Sequence record: OV696612
Strand: one strand, 5' to 3'
DNA length: 50,143 nt
Origin: Escherichia phage Perceval
The translations under genes and the position numbers were made by a program. The notes below the pieces were generated by a model. That model searched no databases. It was not told where the DNA came from and worked only from the letters and a program-made list of their open reading frames with translations. Shown one piece after another: positions 33,309 through 41,128 of the stretch; positions within the stretch are counted from its first letter, which is position 1, and every line of letters begins with the position of its first letter.

Positions 33309-33815
33309 TCATTTTAATCTATCAAGGAGTGACTCTCTTTCCTTCTTCTCTGATTCTCTTCGGTTTAATAACGCTTTAAACTCTTGAAGCTCAACCATTA
33401 TTTTATGAACGAATACACTGGTATAGAGAGAAATAAAGAGTAATCCACCTGAAATTTTTAAGACCCTGAAGAGTAGGGCTTGATCATTTGTGCTTGCTAT
33501 TAACCCCAAGATTACAAACAAAGTTGAAAATACATAGAAAGCTAATAATAAAACCAATTTCAGTCTCTTGGATTTGACTATTGGCACTAATCGCCTAACC
33601 TCACTAGGGGTTAAAGACGAGTGGTCATTGGCCTCATTTGCCTTAAAAATGGCTTGTATACAATATGATAATGGCAATTGCATGAGTCCAACCACAGCCC
33701 ACGGAGCAGTTAGGACAACACCCGGTGTAATATAGCCCAATGCTGACTTGAACAAAAAGTAACCAGCAAAATAGAAGACCAACATACCAATAAGGTGGAT
33801 GATGTTCGATTTCAT
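33309..33815 (-). CDS. four-helix membrane protein in the rexB position (candidate exclusion/abortive-infection component)
   Basis: 168 aa; four predicted TM helices then a charged C-terminal tail; strong RBS GGAGG; AT-rich; second gene of a two-gene cassette directly downstream of cI. Confidence 0.7.
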   Translation of the reverse strand: MKSNIIHLIGMLVFYFAGYFLFKSALGYITPGVVLTAPWAVVGLMQLPLSYCIQAIFKANEANDHSSLTPSEVRRLVPIVKSKRLKLVLLLAFYVFSTLFVILGLIASTNDQALLFRVLKISGGLLFISLYTSVFVHKIMVELQEFKALLNRRESEKKERESLLDRLK

Positions 33816-33836
33816 TATCGCCCTCCTTTTGGTAGG

Positions 33837-34859
33837 TTATTTTGCAACCAATTCTCCGGCATCAAGTTTTGAGAACAGCCACTTATGCATTTTTAAGAAT
33901 AAATCATTTTCATCAATAATGCCATTGTTATATTCAACGCTAATTTTTCCGGATAATTTTATCTCTTTTCCCGTTATTTCCCCACCGCCTTGAAGTTTGA
34001 TGCTAATATCATCCTCATCTAGATGTCGTAGTGAGGTAGCAATACTGTCTATAACAGCTTGACCGCTATCATTTGTTTTTCTGAAGTATGTAATCTCGAG
34101 GCTTACTTGTAAATTGGCCTCATCTAATGAATCTTTAATGTTTATATCATTTGCCCAGTTATCGCCAAAAAATGCTTTTAGTAGCGCACCTCCTTTCCCT
34201 ATTGGGCGGTATTTTATTGTCTTCACCGAACCATTTGAAAAGGAGGGTGTTTGGTTCTCTGAATTTTTAACTTCTGAAGTAATGGGTAATCCACCAATTT
34301 TTATGCTCTTGGCTGGTGCTTTCTCCATTTTTTTCATCGTTTCTTCGGATGGCTTATCTTGAAGCATTAACACAGATTCTTTTTCATCTGTGAATGTATT
34401 AATTAGCCAATTCAAATGCGCCTCAAGCTCCCTTGCTCGAAGCGATGTGGATTGAACGATCATGACATGGTTGTTTAGTACACCAAAATATAAAATTGAA
34501 TCTACAAACTCTCTTTTTTTGTCACTACGTTTATCTCCATCAATAATTATATCATTAGACGTGATGGAGTTAATGTCATAAAATTTAACATTATCACTAA
34601 GCTCTAATAGAGACTGGCTTTTGTCTTTTTCAAATAAAACCAGTTGCCCAAAAAGTATAGTTTTGTATGTGTCGCTTTTATTTAAGAAACGATACCCCGA
34701 ATTTTCATCTGAAGGTGTTATTTTTTCTTGTCTACTAAGTACTTTTTCTGCAACGCCGCCCTCACCTATAATACTAAGTAGTATGTTTTGTAATGATGAT
34801 TTGCTGTGTGGGATTACTGCTTTTTTATAATGAACGACTTTTTGTCTGTTATCTTTCAT
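33837..34859 (-). CDS. 340-aa soluble protein in the rexA position (candidate exclusion/abortive-infection component)
   Basis: AT-rich ORF immediately downstream of cI on the same strand, followed 21 bp later by the membrane-protein gene; no recognisable motif. Confidence 0.7.
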   Translation of the reverse strand: MKDNRQKVVHYKKAVIPHSKSSLQNILLSIIGEGGVAEKVLSRQEKITPSDENSGYRFLNKSDTYKTILFGQLVLFEKDKSQSLLELSDNVKFYDINSITSNDIIIDGDKRSDKKREFVDSILYFGVLNNHVMIVQSTSLRARELEAHLNWLINTFTDEKESVLMLQDKPSEETMKKMEKAPAKSIKIGGLPITSEVKNSENQTPSFSNGSVKTIKYRPIGKGGALLKAFFGDNWANDINIKDSLDEANLQVSLEITYFRKTNDSGQAVIDSIATSLRHLDEDDISIKLQGGGEITGKEIKLSGKISVEYNNGIIDENDLFLKMHKWLFSKLDAGELVAK

Positions 34860-34916
34860 TGCTATAGTCCAACTAGTATTGAATAAATAAACACAGTAAA
34901 GACATAAAAATTTCTT

Positions 34917-34946
34917 ATAGCTACCGATAACGTAATCGGTAGCTAT
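34917..34946 (-). promoter_or_regulatory. 12-bp perfect inverted repeat (ATAGCTACCGAT-N6-ATCGGTAGCTAT) between cI and the downstream cassette
   Basis: Perfect 12-bp arms with 6-nt spacer; on the minus-strand RNA followed by AAGAAAUUUUUAUG. Confidence 0.45.
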
Positions 34947-34981
34947 TACAAATCAACCAAAGGTAATTCTTTACATACTAC

Positions 34982-35674
34982 CTACCCATGCTTCCTGTAG
35001 GTCTGCGGCATGCTCCCAATAACTTTCCCGAAGATAAACACCCGGTTCATCTCGTCTTTCTCAATTGGGTCCCACGGCGAGTAGCTCTTGTTATCAGAGA
35101 TAACCAGTAGCTTATCCTTCATCATTTGCAGGCGCTTTACATGGGCTGTGTCGTCGTACAGAAACGCATAGATACCATCACCGTCGAAAGATTTAACCGT
35201 GATATCAACGAATAGAAGATCACCAGGTTCAATCGTTCCTGACATGCTGTCACCGCGTACGTTAATGATGCGGATATTTTCTGCCTTCCTACCATCGAAC
35301 ATGTGACGAGCATCGTCAAACGAGTACTCAACCGAGCGTAGAACTTCTACAAACTCACGGTTGATGACTCCCGGCCCGGCACTCACTTCTATATCAAGAA
35401 CGTCAATCTTGAAGTATTTGGGATGGTTGGCAGTAGGCTTCCCTAATTGTTGACCGTCATTTCTCATCGGGCCTATGCCTGATGAGAGCCACTCTGTTCG
35501 AACACCCAATGCATTAGCTATTTCAACAATTTTTGTTGAGCCGCGCGCGTTGCCGCTTGTCAGTCTCCAGATTGTGGGTTGAGCTACGCCAGACGCCTTT
35601 GCAAGAGCGCCTTGAGACATTCCAGATTGTTCCATCGCTAGGTTTAAGCGATCAGCAAGAGTTTCTTTTTTCAT
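34982..35674 (-). CDS. cI: CI-like repressor (N-terminal HTH, C-terminal S24 LexA-type peptidase domain)
   Basis: ATG at 35674; MKKETLADRLNLAMEQSGMSQGALAKASGVAQPTIWRL... HTH; C-terminal GDSM and VKRL Ser/Lys motifs; not lambda immunity. Confidence 0.85.
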   Translation of the reverse strand: MKKETLADRLNLAMEQSGMSQGALAKASGVAQPTIWRLTSGNARGSTKIVEIANALGVRTEWLSSGIGPMRNDGQQLGKPTANHPKYFKIDVLDIEVSAGPGVINREFVEVLRSVEYSFDDARHMFDGRKAENIRIINVRGDSMSGTIEPGDLLFVDITVKSFDGDGIYAFLYDDTAHVKRLQMMKDKLLVISDNKSYSPWDPIEKDEMNRVFIFGKVIGSMPQTYRKHG

Positions 35675-35679
35675 AAGTT

Positions 35680-35784
35680 TTAATTTATACGCTTGCGTAT
35701 TGATGGTCAAAACACGTTTTGCTATTGTTATGATTAATACGCATTGCTATTATTTATTCATTGTAATACCAATAGGAATTAATA
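35680..35784 (+). promoter_or_regulatory. divergent pRM/pR-type promoter-operator region
   Basis: Palindrome ATACGC-TT-GCGTAT, repeated TTGCTATTG motifs, and candidate pR TTGTTA-17-TATTAT upstream of cro. Confidence 0.5.
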
Positions 35785-36012
35785 ATGACAAATCAAACCA
35801 TTCAACTCGCAATCAGTATTACAGGTAGTCAAAAACGACTGGCAGATCTATGCGGTGTAGCCCAGCCCACTGTTTGGCGTTGGCTACACGGTGGCGGAAT
35901 TGATGCCCGCTATGTAATGAAAATTGTCTCAGCCACTGGTGGAAAGATTAAACCAGCAGATATTCGTCCCGACCTCGCACCATTGTTTAACGCGAGTAAT
36001 TCTGCCGCCTAA
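35785..36012 (+). CDS. cro: Cro-like HTH regulator
   Basis: 75 aa with HTH QKRLADLCGVAQPTVWRW; first gene rightward from the operator region, divergent from cI. Confidence 0.75.
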   Translation: MTNQTIQLAISITGSQKRLADLCGVAQPTVWRWLHGGGIDARYVMKIVSATGGKIKPADIRPDLAPLFNASNSAA

Positions 36013-36036
36013 TCTGCGGCGTTAACTGATAAGGCA

Positions 36037-36582
36037 ATGACTATGCAACCACTTACATACCAACAGACTAGCGGATTTAGCCCGACTGCGGTGATAAATC
36101 GTTCTCAAACAAAACAGGCGCCAGGCCACGAAAAAATCCGTGATGCCGTTCGCGCCTGGTCGGCTGCAGATAATCAGGATGTTGTTGCCGCACTCATTGT
36201 GAATGAGTATCGGGAGCAGGGCGGCGGCACCATCGATTTTCCTGATGATGTCAGCCGTGCACGCCAGAAGCTGTTCCGCTTCCTCGATAACAAATTCGAT
36301 TCTGAAAAATACCGAAATAACGTGCGTGAACTGACCCCGGCAATTCTGGCGGTACTACCGCTGGAATATCGCGGCCACCTGGTTGAGCAGGATAGCTTCA
36401 TGGCTCGGCTGGCTGAAATGGAAAAGGAACTCAGTGAGGCAAAACAGGCTGTCATTCTCAACGCACCACGCCACCAGAAACTGAAGGAGATGAGTGAAGG
36501 CATTGTGTCGATGTTTCGTGTGGACCCGGATCTGGCTGGTCCACTGATGGCGATGGTCACCACCATGCTGGGGGCAATATGA
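36037..36582 (+). CDS. regulatory protein in the cII position (181 aa; not lambda cII)
   Basis: ORF directly after cro and before O; product unrelated to lambda cII by eye. Confidence 0.55.
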   Translation: MTMQPLTYQQTSGFSPTAVINRSQTKQAPGHEKIRDAVRAWSAADNQDVVAALIVNEYREQGGGTIDFPDDVSRARQKLFRFLDNKFDSEKYRNNVRELTPAILAVLPLEYRGHLVEQDSFMARLAEMEKELSEAKQAVILNAPRHQKLKEMSEGIVSMFRVDPDLAGPLMAMVTTMLGAI

Positions 36583-36668
36583 CAGGTTCGGAAATGGCGA
36601 AAGCCGGTCTGCGCGAACAGAACCGACTTTCAGGTGCAAATCGTAACACACTCATTGCGGGAGGAATT

Positions 36669-37598
36669 ATGGCAAACACTGCTGAGATATTCAATTTTCC
36701 AGTGCCGGATGTGGCACAAAAGGAGCCGCGCGTGGCAGATCTCGATGATGGTTATACGCGCATTGCAAATGAGTTGCTGGAAGCTGTGATGCTGGCCGGA
36801 TTAACACAGCACCAGCTTCTGGTCTTCCTGGCTGTCATGCGCAAAACATATGGCTTTAATAAAAAACTGGATTGGGTGAGCAACGAGCAACTTTCCGAGT
36901 TGACCGGGATATTGCCGCACAAGTGTTCTGCTGCAAAAAGTGTTCTGGTAAAGCGTGGGATTTTTATTCAGAGCGGGCGGAATATCGGCATTAATAATGT
37001 GGTCAGTGAATGGTCAACATTACCCGAATCAGGTAAGAAAAATAAAGTTTACCTGAAAGAGGTAAATTTACCTGAATCAGGTAAGAAAAGTTTACCCAAA
37101 TCAGGTAAAGGCGTTTACCCGAATCAGGTAAACACAAAAGACAAACTAACAAAAGACAATATAAAACCTTTTTCGTCCGAGAATTCTGACGAATCCTCTG
37201 ACCAGCCAGAAAACGATCTTCCTGTGGTGAAACCGGATGCTGCAATTCAGAGCGGCAGCAAGTGGGGGACAGCAGAAGACCTGACCGCCGCAGAGTGGAT
37301 GTTTGACATGGTGAAGACCATCGCGCCATCAGCCAGAAAACCAAATTTTGCAGGGTGGGCTAACGATATCCGCCTGATGCGTGAACGTGACGGACGTAAC
37401 CACCGCGACATGTGCGTGCTGTTCCGCTGGGCATGCCAGGACAACTTCTGGTCCGGTAACGTGCTGAGTCCGGCCAAACTCCGCGACAAGTGGACTCAAC
37501 TCGAAATCAACCGTAACAAGCAACAGGCTGGCGTGACAGCCGGAAAATCAAAACTCGACCTGACAAACACTGACTGGATTTACGGGGTGGATTTATGA
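36669..37598 (+). CDS. O: replication initiator O (non-lambda iteron-binding N-terminal domain, lambda-like C-terminal domain)
   Basis: ATG at 36669 after GGGAGG; ...VADLDDGY...RKTYGFNK... conserved O N-domain motifs; C-terminus ...DNFWSGNVLSPAKLRDKWTQLEINRNKQQ...KLDLTNTDWIYGVDL matches lambda O; contains ori iterons. Confidence 0.88.
   Translation: MANTAEIFNFPVPDVAQKEPRVADLDDGYTRIANELLEAVMLAGLTQHQLLVFLAVMRKTYGFNKKLDWVSNEQLSELTGILPHKCSAAKSVLVKRGIFIQSGRNIGINNVVSEWSTLPESGKKNKVYLKEVNLPESGKKSLPKSGKGVYPNQVNTKDKLTKDNIKPFSSENSDESSDQPENDLPVVKPDAAIQSGSKWGTAEDLTAAEWMFDMVKTIAPSARKPNFAGWANDIRLMRERDGRNHRDMCVLFRWACQDNFWSGNVLSPAKLRDKWTQLEINRNKQQAGVTAGKSKLDLTNTDWIYGVDL
37020..37180 (+). repeat. ori: origin of replication: 4-5 direct iterons (TTTACCCGAATCAGGTAAG type) plus AT-rich tract, inside O
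   Basis: Iterons at 37020-37037, 37048-37066 (degenerate), 37068-37086, 37091-37110, 37114-37132, followed by ACACAAAAGACAAACTAACAAAAGACAATATAAAACC. Confidence 0.8.
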
Positions 37599-38296
37599 AA
37601 AACATCGCCGCACAGATGGTTAACTTTGACCGTGAGCAGATGCGCCGGATCGCCAACAACATGCCGGAACAGTACGACGAAAAGCCGCAGGTACAGCAGG
37701 TAGCGCAGATCATCAACGGTGTGTTCAGCCAGTTACTGGCAACTTTCCCGGCGAGTCTGGCTAACCGTGACCAGAACGAACTGAATGAAATCCGCCGCCA
37801 GTGGGTTCTGGCTTTCCGGGAAAACGGGATCACCACAATGGAACAGGTTAACGCAGGAATGCGCGTAGCCCGTCGGCAGAATCGACCATTTCTGCCATCA
37901 CCCGGGCAGTTTGTTGCATGGTGCCGGGAAGAAGCATCCGTTATCGCCGGACTGCCAAACGTCAGCGAGCTGGTTGATATGGTTTACGAGTATTGCCGGA
38001 AGCGAGGCCTGTATCCGGATGCGGAGTCTTATCCGTGGAAATCAAACGCGCACTACTGGCTGGTTACCAACCTGTATCAGAACATGCGGGCCAATGCGCT
38101 TACTGATGCGGAATTACGCCGTAAGGCCGCAGATGAGCTTGTCCATATGACTGCGAGAATTAACCGTGGTGAGGCGATCCCTGAACCAGTAAAACAACTT
38201 CCTGTCATGGGCGGTAGACCTCTAAATCGTGCACAGGCTCTGGCGAAGATCGCAGAAATCAAAGCTAAGTTCGGACTGAAAGGAGCAAGTGTATGA
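37595..38296 (+). CDS. P: replication protein P (DnaB helicase loader)
   Basis: 233 aa, MKNIAAQMVNFDREQMRRIANNMPEQYDEKPQVQQVAQIINGVFSQ..., matches lambda P. Confidence 0.95.
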   Translation: MKNIAAQMVNFDREQMRRIANNMPEQYDEKPQVQQVAQIINGVFSQLLATFPASLANRDQNELNEIRRQWVLAFRENGITTMEQVNAGMRVARRQNRPFLPSPGQFVAWCREEASVIAGLPNVSELVDMVYEYCRKRGLYPDAESYPWKSNAHYWLVTNLYQNMRANALTDAELRRKAADELVHMTARINRGEAIPEPVKQLPVMGGRPLNRAQALAKIAEIKAKFGLKGASV

Positions 38297-38595
38297 CGGG
38301 CAAAGAGGCAATTATTCATTACCTGGGGACGCATAAGAGCTTCTGTGCACAGGACGTTGCCGCGGTAACAGGCGCAACCGTAACCAGCATAAATCAGGCT
38401 GTGGCTAAAATGGCGCGGGCAGGAATCCTGGTCGTTGATGGTAAGGTCTGGCGAACGGTGTATTATCGGTTCGCTACCAGAGAAGAACGGGAAGGAAAGG
38501 TGAGCGCGAATTTGATTTTTAAGGAGTGTCGCCAGAGTGCCGCGATGAAACGGGTATTGAGGGTATATAAAAGAACATCAATGGGTACACAATGA
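38293..38595 (+). CDS. ren: Ren protein
   Basis: 100 aa, MTGKEAIIHYLGTHKSFCAQDVAAVTGATVTSINQAVAKMARAGILVVDGKVWRTVYYRF..., matches lambda Ren. Confidence 0.88.
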   Translation: MTGKEAIIHYLGTHKSFCAQDVAAVTGATVTSINQAVAKMARAGILVVDGKVWRTVYYRFATREEREGKVSANLIFKECRQSAAMKRVLRVYKRTSMGTQ

Positions 38596-38662
38596 TGAAA
38601 CAGGTGAGTTGAGTTCAAACTGTAGTACAATTCTCTCCAGTTTGAACAGGAAAGAATATGCT

Positions 38663-38995
38663 ATGAACCCTTATATTTATCTTGGTGGTGCAATACTTGC
38701 AGAGGTCATTGGTACAACCTTAATGAAGTTTTCAGAAGGTTTTACACGGTTATGGCCATCTGTTGGTACAATTATTTGTTATTGTGCATCATTCTGGTTA
38801 TTAGCTCAGACGCTGGCTTATATACCTACAGGGATTGCTTATGCTATCTGGTCAGGAGTCGGTATTGTCCTGATTAGCTTACTATCATGGGGATTTTTCG
38901 GCCAACGGTTGGACCTGCCAGCCATTATAGGCATGATGTTGATTTGTGCCGGTGTGTTGGTTATTAATTTATTGTCACGAAGCACACCACATTAA
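38663..38995 (+). CDS. emrE: small multidrug resistance (SMR) efflux transporter EmrE
   Basis: ATG at 38663; 110 aa MNPYIYLGGAILAEVIGTTLMKFSEGFTRLWPSVGTIICYCASFWLLAQTLAYIPTGIAYAIWSGVGIV... matches E. coli EmrE including catalytic Glu14; same position as emrE in DLP12. Confidence 0.9.
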   Translation: MNPYIYLGGAILAEVIGTTLMKFSEGFTRLWPSVGTIICYCASFWLLAQTLAYIPTGIAYAIWSGVGIVLISLLSWGFFGQRLDLPAIIGMMLICAGVLVINLLSRSTPH

Positions 38996-39250
38996 AAATA
39001 ATTTATTTTTAAACGACTAAAATATGGAGGTTCGTATATTTGTATGGGCCTCGTTTTATGCTTTTTGTTAATGTCTTTAGTTTTTATTCATTCTTTTGAT
39101 CTTTCAAGATCATGGTGTAAGAAAATTGCAATACGATTATTGTTGTATATTCAAGATAATGTGACCTTAATTGTCTTTTTAAATAAAAATTAAACAAAAA
39201 TCATATCTCACCACTAAGGTTTATAAAAGCATACTTTAGCAGGTGTCACC

Positions 39251-40777
39251 ATGAAAAAAGCCATAGCATATATGCGATTTTCATCACCAGGTCAGATGTC
39301 TGGTGATTCATTAAACCGCCAGAGAAGGCTTATTACTGAATGGCTAAAGGTAAATAGTGATTATTACCTTGATACCGTAACGTATGAAGATTTGGGGTTA
39401 AGCGCATTCAATGGAAAGCATGCACAATCAGGAGCTTTTTCGGAATTTTTAGATGCTATAGAACATGGTTACATATTGCCAGGGACTACATTGTTAGTTG
39501 AAAGTCTGGACAGACTTTCAAGAGAAAAAGTCGGTGAAGCGATTGAGCGTCTGAAATTGATTTTGAATCACGGTATTGATGTTATAACTCTTTGCGATAA
39601 TACAGTCTATAATATAGACTCATTGAATGAGCCATATTCATTAATAAAAGCCATACTTATAGCACAAAGGGCAAATGAAGAAAGCGAGATAAAGTCAAGT
39701 CGGGTTAAATTATCATGGAAGAAAAAACGGCAGGATGCACTGGAATCAGGCACGATTATGACGGCGTCTTGTCCGAGATGGCTCTCATTGGATGACAAAA
39801 GAACAGCTTTTATTCCAGACCCCGACAGGGTGAAAACGATTGAGCTAATTTTTAAACTCAGGATGGAAAGGCGATCATTGAATGCAATAGCTAAGTATTT
39901 AAATGATCATGCTGTAAAAAATTTTTCAGGAAAAGAAAGTGCATGGGGGCCTTCTGTAATTGAAAAATTATTAGCGAATAAAGCTCTGATAGGTATATGC
40001 GTACCTTCATATCGTGCAAGAGGGAAAGGGATAAGTGAAATCGCTGGCTATTATCCCAGAGTCATATCAGATGATTTGTTTTACGCTGTACAGGAAATTC
40101 GGTTGGCACCTTTTGGTATTAGCAATAGTAGCAAGAATCCTATGCTAATAAATCTACTTCGAACAGTTATGAAGTGTGAGGCTTGTGGTAATACCATGAT
40201 TGTTCATGCGGTATCTGGACGTTTGCATGGCTATTATGTTTGTCCGATGAGAAGATTACATCGATGTGACAGGCCATCAATAAAAAGAGATTTGGTTGAT
40301 TATAATATCATTAATGAATTGCTTTTTAATTGTAGCAAAATTCAACCAGTTGAAAACAAGAAAGATGCTAATGAAACTTTAGAGTTAAAAATTATTGAGC
40401 TTCAGATGAAAATTAATAATTTAATCGTTGCATTGTCTGTCGCGCCTGAAGTTACCGCTATAGCAGAGAAAATAAGACTATTAGATAAGGAATTACGAAG
40501 GGCTTCGGTATCATTAAAAACTTTGAAGAGTAAAGGGGTGAGTTCACTTGGTGATTTTCATGCTATTGATTTAACCAGTAAAAATGGGCGAGAGCTATGT
40601 CGTACACTTGCCTATAAAATATTCGAAAAAATTATAATTAATACAGATAATAAAACCTGTGATATCTATTTTATGAATGGCATTGTTTTTAAACACTATC
40701 CTTTAATGAAAGTAATATCCGCCCAGCAGGCGATAAGTACTCTTAAATATATGGTTGATGGTGAGGTTTATTTTTGA
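39251..40777 (+). CDS. ybcK: large serine recombinase (YbcK-like)
   Basis: 508 aa; N-terminal resolvase-type catalytic domain (AIAYMRFSSPGQ...SLNRQ, nucleophile Ser in RFSS), C-terminal Cys cluster (CEACGN...C...C) and coiled coil; AT-rich. Confidence 0.8.
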   Translation: MKKAIAYMRFSSPGQMSGDSLNRQRRLITEWLKVNSDYYLDTVTYEDLGLSAFNGKHAQSGAFSEFLDAIEHGYILPGTTLLVESLDRLSREKVGEAIERLKLILNHGIDVITLCDNTVYNIDSLNEPYSLIKAILIAQRANEESEIKSSRVKLSWKKKRQDALESGTIMTASCPRWLSLDDKRTAFIPDPDRVKTIELIFKLRMERRSLNAIAKYLNDHAVKNFSGKESAWGPSVIEKLLANKALIGICVPSYRARGKGISEIAGYYPRVISDDLFYAVQEIRLAPFGISNSSKNPMLINLLRTVMKCEACGNTMIVHAVSGRLHGYYVCPMRRLHRCDRPSIKRDLVDYNIINELLFNCSKIQPVENKKDANETLELKIIELQMKINNLIVALSVAPEVTAIAEKIRLLDKELRRASVSLKTLKSKGVSSLGDFHAIDLTSKNGRELCRTLAYKIFEKIIINTDNKTCDIYFMNGIVFKHYPLMKVISAQQAISTLKYMVDGEVYF

Positions 40778-41101
40778 GTAATAATCACTTTTTCAACCGT
40801 GCTATGGTATGAAAGTAAAGTAACTAATATGATATTAACTATCTTGAACGAAGCGCCCTGAGCTATAGTTTTACTATAGGCACTGTCACTGGATGTTGGC
40901 ATTCTTGCTCTAGTAGCTCAACAATACCCAATCACAAAACAATTCACTGATAACAAACTTTGTGCACGTGCTTGGTTATGGCGAACAGGTGATGTTAACC
41001 TCTTGCCAGAATGCCACTCCACTTCATTAAGTATCTGAGCACCGAGAGGCTGGTCACGCCCCCATTAAAAATAATTTCTTTTGAATCGAGTGAAATAGGT
41101 T

Positions 41102-41128
41102 AGCCCGCATAAGTGCGGGCTGCTTTTT
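41102..41128 (+). terminator. rho-independent terminator (plus strand), overlapping the hydrolase gene stop
   Basis: AGCCCGCA-TAAG-TGCGGGCT followed by GCTTTTT. Confidence 0.6.

Noticed and set aside
35675-35710. Upstream start at 35710 for cI (track product MTINTQAYKLKL...)
   Set aside because: My reading of the plus strand at 35708-35710 does not give a start codon in that frame, so I used the in-frame ATG at 35674; the N-terminus is uncertain by up to 12 residues
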